Shown here in pieces: positions 27,153 to 39,124 of a stretch of DNA of 64,000 bases (within the stretch, counting starts at the first letter, position 1; the number at the start of each line of letters is the position of its first letter). Made by a program: the position numbers and the translations under genes. The notes under the pieces are model-generated. The model had not been told where the DNA came from, did not search any database, and was given only the letters and a program-made list of their open reading frames with translations. The DNA is from Octopus sinensis. Taxonomy: Eukaryota. The stretch lies in assembly GCF_006345805.1 (NCBI RefSeq), contig NC_043006.1, positions 100,936,001-101,000,000 of the forward strand, written 5' to 3'.

Positions 27153-27345
27153 TATTCAGTAATCTTATCTTTATTACGAGCTTTCACTGCACTATCGAGC
27201 GCAGCTCTTTGTGCCTTGGATATGTGCTGTGGTTTGATGTAATGCTCTTAGTTTTACTGCGTTGAATGTGTTTTACGTAGGTTGTGTGCTGTGCCTAGTA
27301 GTTCTATTTTCTGTTTGCTATATATACTTGTTAGTCCCGGTGTTT
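27153..27345 (-). mobile_element. Second R4/Dong 3' terminal fragment in (AAT)n
   Basis: TPGLTSIYSKQKIELLGTAHNLRKTHSTQ*; flanked by (TAT)n/(TGT)n tracts. Confidence 0.65.
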
Positions 27346-27739
27346 ATTATCATTATTATCATTATTATTATTACTATCATTTACAATCCCTCTGAATATA
27401 ATGAGGCGGCGGCTGTACTACTGAACTCAAAGTTATTGGATCAGATGGGATGTCCAGGTAGTCCGGACATGATTATACCTCTGAAATACTTGCACAATTA
27501 GCTGAAATGGAAACAAACCGTCAGAACAGTTTGTAACAATTGTGTCCATGGAAATAGTTTGTAACGATTACACTGTATAACAACTTTCTTTTTTCCTTCA
27601 GTCTGTATTATTTCCTACTTGCTTCTATCTAGAAATCAAAGGAAATTACTACTATTCCCTTTGAACTTTGATTTTGTCACCTGGACATCAATGTTTTGAA
27701 ACTGACCTAGTCCTGCGTTGCTGAAGCAGAAACATCGTT

Positions 27740-27910
27740 ACAGCAAATATTCCCTTTCAATACCACAGATTTGCTTGTCAGTTGCTTGACCTTAACCATT
27801 TGAGCATGTCCTTTAGTGACTGACGATATGTGCATCTCTGATCATGAAGAGGTCTAGTCGGGAAGAATCACAACCGTGTGTCGAGAGGGATTCTTTGGGG
27901 TTTAAATAAA
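27740..27910 (+). repeat. Dispersed repeat also present inverted at about 63930-64000
   Basis: tgatcatgaagaggtctagtcgggaagaatcacaaccgtgtgtcgagagggattctttggggtttaaata matches the reverse complement of the window end. Confidence 0.55.
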
Positions 27911-28066
27911 TGTAACAAAAGCAAATTTTGAAAGAAATATTAGCCATTTTTCATATTTTCATATTTGCTTAAGAATAAGCAAATAGGAAATAACAGTCGC
28001 TACCCAAGGATAAAAATCGTGTTACGCAGTGTTATGTCTAGTTAATGCATGACTATTTTATTTTAA

Positions 28067-29017
28067 ACTAGACTACCCGTGACCCGTTGGGTCACTACCA
28101 GTTCAGGTTATAAAACGTTGAAGCTGGTTTCAACATTGCATAGAAATGAAAGTTAATTTTATGATGATTCAGTTAAATAATTCAGTTTGTTCGTGTCATC
28201 ATATGTCTAGTTTAGAAGTTCGTGTTTAAGGTTTTATTGATTAATTAAAAAGAAAATGAGGGCAAAAACACTCGTTTTTTCCCAATGAAAAATCGTTTCC
28301 TAGTAGCCGGAATTTCGCGACAAAATATATGTTTATTAAGCACAACAGCCTGGAGTGTATGCCGCTGGGCATTAAAAGCCAATCGCACAAACCTAGAGGG
28401 GCTCTGGGCCCCCTTGAATCGATAAAAAATAATTCTTTTTGCCATAGCAACCACATCTTTATAGCTTGCGAATTTTAACCATCGCCGGTCTCATCCTCAC
28501 CACGCATTTAGTATCTCTGCCAATTTTCAGCTCGATCCTAGCCTCGGTTTCGCCACCATTTACCGTCAAAGCAAAATGTGCGTACAATTTTCATCCAAGG
28601 ACTGTTTTATAGGTATGATGGAAGCACTCCGTCGGTTACGACGATGAGGGTTCCGGTTGATCCGAATCAACGAAACAGCCTGCTCGTGAAATTAAAGTGT
28701 AAGTGGCTGAGCACTCCACAGACACGTGTACCCTTAACGTAGTTCTCGGGGATATTCAGCGTGACACAGAGAGTGACAAAGCCGGCCCTTTGAAATACAG
28801 GTACAACAGAAACAGGAAGTAAGAGTGAGAGAAAGTTGTGGTGAAAGAGTACAGCAGGGATTACCACCATCCCCTGCCGGAGCCTCGTGGAGCTTTTAGG
28901 TGTTTTCGCTCAATAAACACTCACAACGCCCGGTCTGGGAATCGAAACCACGATCCTATGACCGCGAGTCCGCTGCCCTAACCACTGGGCCATTGCGCCT
29001 CCTTTATAGGTATAGAC
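28067..29017 (+). mobile_element. Helitron/Helentron-like element with a SINE C inserted in its 3' terminus
   Basis: Starts actagactacccgtgacccgttgggtcac (hairpin), reconstituted end gttttataggtataga. Confidence 0.5.
28617..29002 (-). mobile_element. SINE family C (tRNA-Arg(TCG)-like head), full length
   Basis: Near-identical to 33754-34136; 11-bp TSD TTTATAGGTAT at 28606-28616 and 29003-29013. Confidence 0.93.
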
Positions 29018-29455
29018 TAGTCATAGGCAGCCTGCAGCCACATGCAACCCGCGGCACTTACCTTATAATACGCCGAAGGAAAAATACCTTCATTGTTTTT
29101 TAGTAGTGTGGCCTGCCTGATGATGAACAGTGTCACATGCGACCCGCTTCTCGAAATAGGTTGCCCAAGCTTGTTCTAAATTCTTTTCTTTTTTAAGTGG
29201 TTTCAGTTACTGGCGTGCAGTAAGACAGGAGCACCGGCTTTTAAGATTAGTGCAATTGACACCAGTTCTTATTTTAAGCCTGGTATCTATTCTATCGAAC
29301 TTTTTGCCGAACTGCTAATTTACAGTGATGCAAACAAACCTATACCGATTGTGAAGCGGCGAGGGGGACGAACATAAACACAATGACACATACACACACA
29401 AACACATACATACATATGTATATCTATATATATATAGCTCTGTGTGTGAGAGAGA

Positions 29456-29531
<76 letters not shown>

Positions 29532-30298
29532 CGCTCTTCTACACAGTTTCTGTCTATCAAATTCATTAACTAAGCATTAATCTGACCGAAATTATTGAAG
29601 GGTATACCTATCAAAGGTGGCACGCAGTGGGATCGAACTCAAAATCACGTAGTTGTGAAACGCACTTCTTAACCACACAGCCGCAAAATAAATCATTGAT
29701 GGCAATGTCCAACAGCAACAACAACAACACAGACAAATTCTGGTGCCTTGCAAATATTTGGTTACTAACTCCAAAATACACCAGCAGTTTCTGTCTAATC
29801 AGCTCTAATTTTGGAGATACCTCATATATATATATACTTCTCTATCCACTCGTGTGCTGAAATTAGCGACCCTTGTTGCATTAATACTTTGGTGCTTTTG
29901 AAGTTAAACCTACTCTGGGCTGTTTAGTGCAATGGTTTCAAAAATTGTATCAACTCTAATTAGATAATGAGCTGCTATTTTGATACAAAAATAACCACAA
30001 TATTAATGTTATGATACAGTACATGCTTTTAAAACAAATCCATATTAATAAATCGGTTTATCTCAACACACGAAAAGAAAAAATCTTATTGCGCACTGCA
30101 TTAGCATCTGTAGTTACTGTAACTCAGAAATAAAACATGAAAACATAACATGGTGAGCTATTCAATGCATAAGAAACTCCTTTTATGGAACTTCCTACGG
30201 AGGAGGGGGGAGTGCTTACCCAAAACTATCTCTCTGAAGGCTCCGGCAACAATCTGCGACCATGTGTGTATCACACATTCTATACTAGTTCTGTTCTG

Positions 30299-30336
<38 letters not shown>

Positions 30337-30641
30337 TACATGCTAATTCTATATATTACCGCTACTTGTTTCAATCATTGGACTGTGGCCATGCTGGGGC
30401 ACCGGCTGAAACGGTTTGGCAGAACGAATAGATTGCAGGCCTACATTTTAAAGTTTGATCCTAATTCTATCCGTCTCTTTTTGCCGAATCGCTAGCTATA
30501 CGAGGACATAGACAAATCAACACCGGTTGTCAAGAGGTGAAGGGGGAAAAGCAAACACAAAGATACATACATATACACGCGATCACACACATACATGTAC
30601 ATACATACGTATATATATATATATACATATATATATATAAT

Positions 30642-30703
<62 letters not shown>

Positions 30704-30762
30704 CATATATATATATACATACATATATATATCTATATACATATATATATATATATATATAT

Positions 30763-31109
<347 letters not shown>

Positions 31110-31126
31110 TATATTTATACTTTAGG

Positions 31127-31328
31127 TATAGTACATGAGTTCAACAAAAATTTTAATTCGGATAAATATGGTACTTAAGTTGAGGCACCAGAATTTAGTA
31201 CGGTATTATCTATACAATGTCAAAGTAAGGTGATTAAAATCAAAATAAGCAACAAGGATATTCAGAGGTAATGCAGTACGATTGTGCTGCATTACCTCTG
31301 GATATCCTTGTTGCTTATTTTGATTTTA
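31127..31328 (-). mobile_element. Small PLE-tail-like element with a 5' snap-back hairpin
   Basis: 45-bp arms 31235-31279 and 31284-31328 with 2 mismatches; tail similar to 48740-48835. Confidence 0.7.
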
Positions 31329-31333
31329 CATAC

Positions 31334-31364
<31 letters not shown>

Positions 31365-31365
31365 A

Positions 31366-31429
31366 TTGTTCCACGTCCTCGCGTTGCTGTGTTTTTTTTT
31401 TCTCTTTTTTTCTGTTTTCTTGTTTGAAT

Positions 31430-31434
<5 letters not shown>
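31366..31434 (+). repeat. Truncated copy of the 59725-59923 family (tail only)
   Basis: ttgttccacgtcctcgcgttg.tgtgttttt..ttcttgtttg.attaact shared. Confidence 0.75.
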
Positions 31435-31476
<42 letters not shown>

Positions 31477-31697
31477 GCATACATACGTACAAAAATACCC
31501 TGTTGTTGATGTTGAAATTCCAATGAAGGAACCTTGTATCTAGGTTAGAAACCAGCTCTTACTCAATTGATGTGCATACATACAGGTACATTATATTATG
31601 CATCCACAAATTTGCACAAAGAACTAGAAATACTCGGTTTCACGGGGAAAAAGCAATTTATTTGTGGCACAGGGTGAAGATTTGTAAGACATTCCAA

Positions 31698-31956
31698 TAA
31701 TTATCCATATGAGATTCTTATATGAATAGATGCCTATACTTGGGTGTATGCAATGATAGTTCAGCCAACCCACCATCTCAACCACATACTGACAAACACC
31801 GGGGACTCTGAGCGTGTGTGTATATATATACAATTTGATGCAAACACACACGCGCTCAGAGTCCCCGGTGTTTGTCAGTATGTGGTTGAGTTGGTGGGTT
31901 GGCTGAACTATCATTGCATACACCCAGGTATGTACGGAATCTCATATGGATAATTA
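31698..31956. repeat. Fold-back inverted repeat
   Basis: Arms about 31737-31814 and 31852-31930 plus outer 20-bp taattatccatatgagattc/gaatctcatatggataatta. Confidence 0.85.
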
Positions 31957-31998
31957 TCGCGTGTGTATCTAATTGTATATATACACACACATATGTAC

Positions 31999-32034
<36 letters not shown>

Positions 32035-32076
32035 TATATACATACATACACACACACACATATGCATATTTTATAC

Positions 32077-32111
<35 letters not shown>

Positions 32112-32235
32112 TATGTATAGGTGCAGGAGTGGCTGTGTGGTAAGAAGCTTGTTTGTAGCCTTTGTATGGCCAAATGGTTAAGAAGTTCGCTTCCCAGTTA
32201 CGAAGATTTGATCCCACCGCGTCGCATTCTATCTT

Positions 32236-32493
32236 TTGTTTTGGTCATTAGACTGTGGCCATGCTAGGGCCACGCCTTGAATTTTTAGTCAAATAAATCG
32301 GCCCCAGTACTTACTCTTTTAAGTCTGGGATTTATTCTATCGGTCTCTTTTGACAAGCCGTTAAGTTACGGGGACGTATACACACACACATACACACAAA
32401 CACCGGTTGTCAAGTGGCAATGGGGGAACAAACACAGACACACATTCAGATATATATATATATGTATATACATATATATATATATATATATAT

Positions 32494-32540
<47 letters not shown>

Positions 32541-32631
32541 AATAATGAGGGAGATAAATTGAATATTAATTTAGTTAATAACATTTTAAAACCAGTAGCC
32601 TAGCATACAAAAATTTGAAAAGTCAGAGAAA

Positions 32632-32667
<36 letters not shown>

Positions 32668-32808
32668 GACGGGCTTCTTTCCGTTTCCATCTTTGGTCGG
32701 CCCGAAGCTCTAGTAGAAGACACTTGCCCAAGGTGCTACGCTGCGGGACTGAACCTAGAACTATGTGGTTGGAAAGCAAGCTTCTTATCACACAGCCACT
32801 CCTGTGCA
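32236..32808 (-). mobile_element. SINE family A with a 100-bp element (32538-32637) nested in its internal (TA)n
   Basis: Tail half and head half separated by (TA)n-insert-(TA)n; the insert matches 48033-48135. Confidence 0.75.
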
Positions 32809-33227
32809 TCTCGAGTAAGTGCTGTTTTTGGTGTTGTTGTTGTTGTGCTTGTCATTTTTAACCACTGCACACTTGAAGTATCTTGAGGAGAATTTAATAA
32901 ACGAAAACTGTGCGGAATACCATATGATGGTTTGTACCTGTAATTCAAAGGTACTGTATCACGCTGATTCTTCAACTCGACTACGTTAAATATTCACCTG
33001 TGTGAGGAATACTCAACCACGTACACGCTAATTCAATGAAGGAACAACTAAAATCCTCTTCGTCGAAACCGACAGAGATGCATTTTACTTTATCATAGTT
33101 CGGTGCAGCAGAACTAACCCCTCACGTGTACAGGAACTTCAACAACATCATACAACGTGCTAAAAATAAGAGCTAAATATTCCCTGATATCATTTCCAAT
33201 CACCTTCCTAAGGAAAACTGCATTACT

Positions 33228-33660
33228 TAGATAAACTTAGATAAACTTAGATATGTTTCGACCAGAGATTGGTCCAGGTCATGTCTAACTTAATAGCACC
33301 ACCTGATAGGATTATTCGAATCCTGTTTAAGTCAAGTTTTGTTCAAGTAGTGAGTTCTTGTTGGGTGAGTTGTATCCAGTTTTGTTCAAGTAGTGAGTTC
33401 TTGTTGGGTGAGTTGTATCCAATTATGGGTGGCTTATCTGGTATTCTCTGTTTAAAGTTGATGGGATCCTTTTCCTCTTTGATCTCCTTCGGGACAATGT
33501 TAAATAGGGCAGGGCCTGTTGAGGAAAAGAAATTATGTTGCAGTGTACATGTATGATGTGATCTTGAATTTGGCAGGGGACGTATAGCCCGTGGTCCAAG
33601 TCTTGGATGAACCTTGAAGCTAATGTTTAGATCGTTTGGGCAAAGTTGGCGGTATATTAA
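33228..33660 (-). mobile_element. CR1/L2-type LINE 3' end
   Basis: HNFFSSTGPALFNIVPKEIKEEKDPINFKQ..IPDKPPIIGYNSPNKNSLLE; (ttagataaac)n tail; exact 43-bp tandem duplication 33335-33420. Confidence 0.7.
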
Positions 33661-33753
33661 AAATATTCTTTCTTAAAAAGAATAAGCCATAAAATAGAGG
33701 ACGTAATTGTTGAGTCTGAGAAGTCAACGAATTATAAAATACTATAAAAAGAG

Positions 33754-34136
33754 TGGAGGCGCAATGGCCCAGTGGTTAGGACAGCGGACTCGCGGTCATA
33801 GGATCGCGGTTTCGATTCCCAGACCGGGCGTTGTGAGTGTTTATTGAGCGAAAGCACCTAAAGCTCCACGAGTCTCCGGCAGGGTGTGGTGTTGATCCCT
33901 GCTGTACTCTTTCACCACAACTTTCTCTCACTCTTACTTCCTGTTTCTGTTGTACCTGTATTTCAAAGGGCCGGCCTTGTCACTCTCTGTGTCACGCTGA
34001 ATATCCCCGAGAACTACGTTAAGGGTACACGTGTCTGTGGAGTGCTCAGCCACTTACGCGTTAATTTCACGAGCAGGCTGTTCCGTTGATCGGATCAACC
34101 GGAACCCTCGTCGTCGTAACCGACGGAGTGCTTCCA
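33754..34136 (+). mobile_element. SINE family C, full length
   Basis: 18-bp TSD aaaatactataaaaagag at 33736-33753 and 34137-34154. Confidence 0.93.
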
Positions 34137-34596
34137 AAAATACTATAAAAAGAGAGTCACACTTTTTCTTTTGTTTAGAGTCTTTGTTTCTCTCACACAC
34201 ATAAACATTTATTGCCTCTCCCTTTTATCTCTGTTCAGTCTATCTCTCTCTCTCTCTAACACACACATACACACATATGCACATACACATACATTTATTG
34301 CCTCTGTCTTACTTCCCTATTTATAGTCCCCTCTCTTTCTCACACACATTTATTATTTCACTTTCTCTCTTATTCATTGTCCCTCTGTTTTCTCTCCTCT
34401 TCTCTCTCTCTTCCTCTCTTTTTCTCTCTCTCTCTTTCTTTCTCCCTCCCCCTTTCGCTTTTTCTCATCATCTTTCCCACAACACTCATTATCTCTCTCT
34501 CTTTCTCTCTCTCTATTTATCTATCTATCAACCTATCTCTCGCTCTCTTCTTCACATTCTCCTTTCTCCCAAAGATATACCAAGTGGGATACACTT

Positions 34597-34807
34597 TACT
34601 CTTTTACTCTTTTACTTGTTTCAGTCATTTGACTGCGGCCATGCTGGAGCACCGCCTTTAGTCGAGCAAATCGATCCCGAGACTTATTCTTTGTAAGCCC
34701 TGTACTTATTCTATCGGTCTCTTTTGCCGAACCGCTAAGTGACGGGGACGTAAACACACCACCATCGGTTGTCAAGCAATGCTAGGGGGACAAACACAGA
34801 CACACAA

Positions 34808-34886
<79 letters not shown>

Positions 34887-35092
34887 CGACAGGCTTCTTT
34901 CAGTTTCCGTCTACCAAATCCACTTACAAGGCATTGGTCGGTCCGGGGCTATAGCAGAAGACACCTGCCCAAGATGCCAAGCAGTGGGACTGAACCCGGA
35001 ACGATGTGGTTGGTTAGCAAGCTACTTACCACACAGCCACTCCTGCGCCTGCCACTCCTGCGCCTGCCACTCCTGCGCCTGCCACTCCTGCG
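34597..35092 (-). mobile_element. SINE family A with a tandemly repeated 5' terminus
   Basis: gccactcctgcgcct at 35036, 35051, 35066 and partial at 35081. Confidence 0.92.
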
Positions 35093-35529
35093 TATAATTT
35101 CCAATTGTTAAAAAACAGACAAGCAGTGATGTGTCGTCATGCTCTCACTCGCTTAACTTCGTAATTAAGATTCTCCTCATAAGTGTGAATATATGTGCGC
35201 TCACACGCACATCTGGGAATATGTATGTTTACGAAGTGAAGCAATGTCTGTTTGAGTTTTAGCATAACTTCGCAATGCTGAAGGCAATGAAAACAAAACA
35301 CGACCAGTTGCAAAATAGCTGGAAAGTCGACTTTTTTTACCTTCCGTAGAATTTATCAGATGTGCTCTCCTTACCTCAAAACGGTAACTTTCGGAATTGC
35401 ATTTGCTCAGGTGATGTTGTCTGCGAACCCTTTGGCATTTTCGGGAACAATTCTCTTCACTATTGTTTCCAATTTCAAGTTAGAAATAATTGTTTGCCTA
35501 AGAATTACACATCGCTTCATAATAATACT

Positions 35530-36000
35530 GGTTTCAAATTTTGGCACAAGGCCAGCAAGTTCTGGGAAAGGGGTAAGACGATTACATCGACCCCACGGTT
35601 CAACCGGTACTTATTTTATCGACCCCCAAAGGATGAAAGGCAAGGTGGACCTCGGCGGTATTTGAACTCAGAACGTGAAGAGAGACGAAATGGAGCTAAG
35701 CATTTCGCCTGGTGTGCTAACGATTCTGCCAGCACGCCGCCTAAGATCCATTCATAAAATGGTTTCTCTTATATAAATAATGATTTCAAATTTTGGCACA
35801 CGGCCAGATATTCCGGAGGAGGAGGTAAATCGATTACATCGACCCCAGTGCTCAACTACTTCTCATTTTATCGACCCCGAAAGGATGAAAAGCAAAGTCG
35901 AACTCAGTGAAATTTGGACTCAGATCTTAAATACCGCTAAGAGACAAGATGCCGGTAAGCATTTGGCCCGGCGTGCTAACGATTCTGCCAGCTCACCACC
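35530..36000 (-). mobile_element. Two adjacent SINE family B copies (alternative tail)
   Basis: Cores at about 35580-35740 and 35830-36000. Confidence 0.82.
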
Positions 36001-36179
36001 TTTTCGAATATTTACATAATGCCACACGTTTTATAATAACTGAAATACTGTCTTTTATACAAGTTCAATAAATTCTTTGTTAATCTATTTTATATTCACA
36101 TCCAATAACCACAGAAAGAATGAAAAAAAACCCTGATGTCAAGCTCGCCAGATTTTTAACTCAAAATATGAAGAAAACG

Positions 36180-36490
36180 CAACAAACTCACGTAAATTCG
36201 TTTAACCCGACATATCAGCCATCAAAAGTAGTTGTCCATGGGATTCAAATTTCGTGAGTTTGGAGGCCACAATTGTAAGGATAGTCTGACATCCATTTAT
36301 GAGCTACGTGGGTTTTATGAGAAGGTGCTGGGTCAGGCTGAAACACGCATAGACTTCCAGTGCATTCCTCATCGATCCAAAGCTTAACGACAGTCTCCAA
36401 CATTTCATCGTATCCAATCTAACAGCATTAATTCTAAGAGCCAGTGGGAAAACGTGACGTGGTATGACATGACCTTCGTTGTTCACCACT
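36180..36490 (-). mobile_element. Tc1/mariner (maT/DD37D-like) transposase relic
   Basis: NNEGHVIPRHVFPLALRINA and WPPNSRNLNPMD (cf. EGHVMPPHFF..WPP.SPDLNPLD). Confidence 0.65.
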
Positions 36491-36983
36491 CGTAAAACTA
36501 TTATATCATTCTTTATGAATATTCATTGGGCAATAAATCTCCATAATCGAGGTAGAAGAGTGCATTTAAAACCAAGTTGTCTCTCTGTATTCAAAACTTG
36601 CTACTGCCATGTTCGGAAATAATTTTCATTTGAGAAGAGCGACATTGTTGAGTAAATAAACGTACAAACATGACTGTGAGCTTGAGGAGTTCGCTTCGGA
36701 ACCACGTAATTCGGGGTCCAATCACATGGCAGAACCCATTGATCACGTGACTACTGTCAAGGCCTTAGATTGACCAATGGTATATATATATGAAAACGGA
36801 TTGAACCTTAATTCAAAGATTATCGTTGGATCCTAAGCAAACGCATTGGTTTCATCCACCAAATTTCAAACACATCTTAGGAGGATATTTGATGTTCCGA
36901 ACTAACCAGAGCACGTGGCCCTTCTGCTTTCAAGAAAACCATCTACCAAGCATCATGAACTAATCAATGCCGCTACCCAACAT

Positions 36984-37398
36984 TACTCTCTTTTTACTCT
37001 TTTACTTGTTTCAGTCATTTGACTGAGGCCATACTGGAGCACTGCCTTTAGTCGAGCAAATCGACCCCGGGACTTATTCTTTGTAAGCCCAGTACTTATT
37101 CTATCGGTCTCTTTTGCCGAACCGCTAAGTGACGGGGGCGTAAACACACCAGCATCGGTTGTCAAGCAATGCTAGGGGGACAAACACACACACACAAACA
37201 CACACACATACATATATATATGTATACATATATACGACAGGCTTCTTTCAGTTTCCGTCTACCAAATCCACTCACAAAGCATTGATCGGCCCGGGGATAT
37301 AGCAGAAGACACTTGCCCAAGATGCCACGCAGTGGGGCTGAACCCGGAACCATGTGGTTGGTTAGCAAACTACTTACCACACAACCACTCCTGCGCCT
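36984..37398 (-). mobile_element. SINE family A
   Basis: Full-length match. Confidence 0.92.
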
Positions 37399-37663
37399 AT
37401 ATTGTATTCAACTTATCAAAGTTCGCTACCCACTAGCTCCCTTTAGAGCTATTTTATAATGTCGTTTACTTACATCTTTACTGTAGACTTACTATCTCAG
37501 CATTTCTGAGCAGTCTATACAAGTGTGATAGAAAAGGTCATGTCACATCTCACAAGGATTCTCATAACTCCCATATTGGTTATCGTCTCGAGCAGACTCG
37601 AAAATCTACTAGAATCACTGCTTCTGACAGCTCACTAACTGTGAGATCACAGTGAGTGTGTGT

Positions 37664-37742
<79 letters not shown>

Positions 37743-37759
37743 TGTGCGTGTGTGTGTCT

Positions 37760-38400
37760 AAAGTAAACAACAGGTTGTACGGTGCACCGCATAGATAAAT
37801 CAATGGTTAGACAGAAAGAACACAACAAGCGGAAATCCAACAAAAAACTACAAACGGAAAAATAGACGATAGCATAACAAAAGGGAAACTGGACCAAAAC
37901 AAAAAACACGGACCATTCGCAGCCGATTTCCTCGTCAGTCAGTGTCCGGAAAGTCATAGCAGTTTCGCGCTTTTTTACCCTTGAGACCGCTCGAATCAGG
38001 CAAGAGTCAGAGCATTAAGCTTCTGGGAAAAGCAAACGAATGCATACAATAACGAAAACAAGAACGAGAACACAAGAATTATACACATACATCAGATGAA
38101 CGCCTTTCGGCTATGCAACAAGACGAAAATAATTGTACATTTACAAATTAATAAATAACAGAAAGGGTCTTTCGACTATTAGATGAACGCTAACGTGATG
38201 AAATAATAATACAAGTACAACAGAAGAAGAATTATACATAAAGAATAGACAAACGTCATTCGGCTATACATCAAAATGAAAATAATTGAACAATTACAAC
38301 ATACATAAAGAAGATAAAGGGTCTTTCGACTATCAGACGAAGAAAGTAGGTTGGCGCAAAGGAGAAATGGAAGGTCTTAAAAGACCGAGCGGAAGGACAG
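37760..38400 (+). repeat. Unclassified dispersed repeat, copy 1, with internal ~170-bp dimer
   Basis: Matches 38850-39095 directly and 39125-39672 inverted. Confidence 0.8.
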
Positions 38401-38849
38401 ATGAACGTGACAGGCCTGGATGACGGCTGGTCAGAAAAGGACGATAATGTCTTGACCAGACAGTGATCATGTGATAGGAGAGGGAAAGAATTGTAGAGGG
38501 CAAAGGGATTAAAGAATAAGAGGGAGGGGGAAAGATGGACTAAGGAATGGGACAGAGGGAATAGAAATCAGAGAGACTAAAGAATGAGAGGGAGGGGAGG
38601 AGAGAGAGGCACACAGAGAGAAAAAGGTACAAGTGAGACAAGCAAGGAAGGAAAGCATAGGAAGGGGGGGAAAGAGGGACTACGGAATAAAAGAGAAAAA
38701 ATAAAATCAGAGGGCGAGGAACGAGAGGGAGGGAGAGAGAGAGACACACACACAGGAGGAAAGAGAAAAAGGAAGGAACAAGAGAAAAAAACGAGGAAGG
38801 ATAGGTAAGTTAAGACTCGTACATAATATTCAAGGAATATTTTTTTAAC

Positions 38850-39095
38850 AAAGTAAACAACAGGTTGTACGGCGCACCGAATAGATGAATCACGATTAGG
38901 ACAGAAAGAACACACCAAGCGGAAATCCAACAAAATACAACATACGGGAAAATAGACGATGACATAACAAACGGCAAACTGGACAAAAACAAGATACACG
39001 GACCATTCGCAGCCGGTGTTCGGAAAGTCATAACAGCTTCGCGCTTTTTTACCCCTGAGACCGCTCGAATCCAGGAAACACCAGAGCATTAAGCT
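38850..39095 (+). repeat. Unclassified dispersed repeat, copy 2 (partial)
   Basis: aaagtaaacaacaggttgtacgg..gagaccgctcgaatc..gagcattaagct. Confidence 0.85.
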
Positions 39096-39124
39096 ACTCC
39101 CACTTGGTCTGTTAGGACTTCCCG

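Noticed and set aside
31520-31558. HHR-like CCAAUGA..AACCU/AGGUU..GAAAC
   Set aside because: Core and stem III both mutated; at most a dead remnant.
33033-33072. HHR-like CAAUGAAGG..CUUCGUCGAAACC
   Set aside because: No CUGA core and no clean stem II closure.
33335-33420. 43-bp direct repeat as a CRISPR-like array
   Set aside because: Two abutting units with no spacer, inside a LINE 3' end; eukaryotic context.
33755-33830. tRNA-Arg(TCG)-like sequence as a real tRNA gene
   Set aside because: No proper acceptor stem; continues into a SINE body with TSDs.
35375-35497. Minus-strand 123-bp exon-like segment with a GTAAGG donor
   Set aside because: All three frames contain a stop codon.
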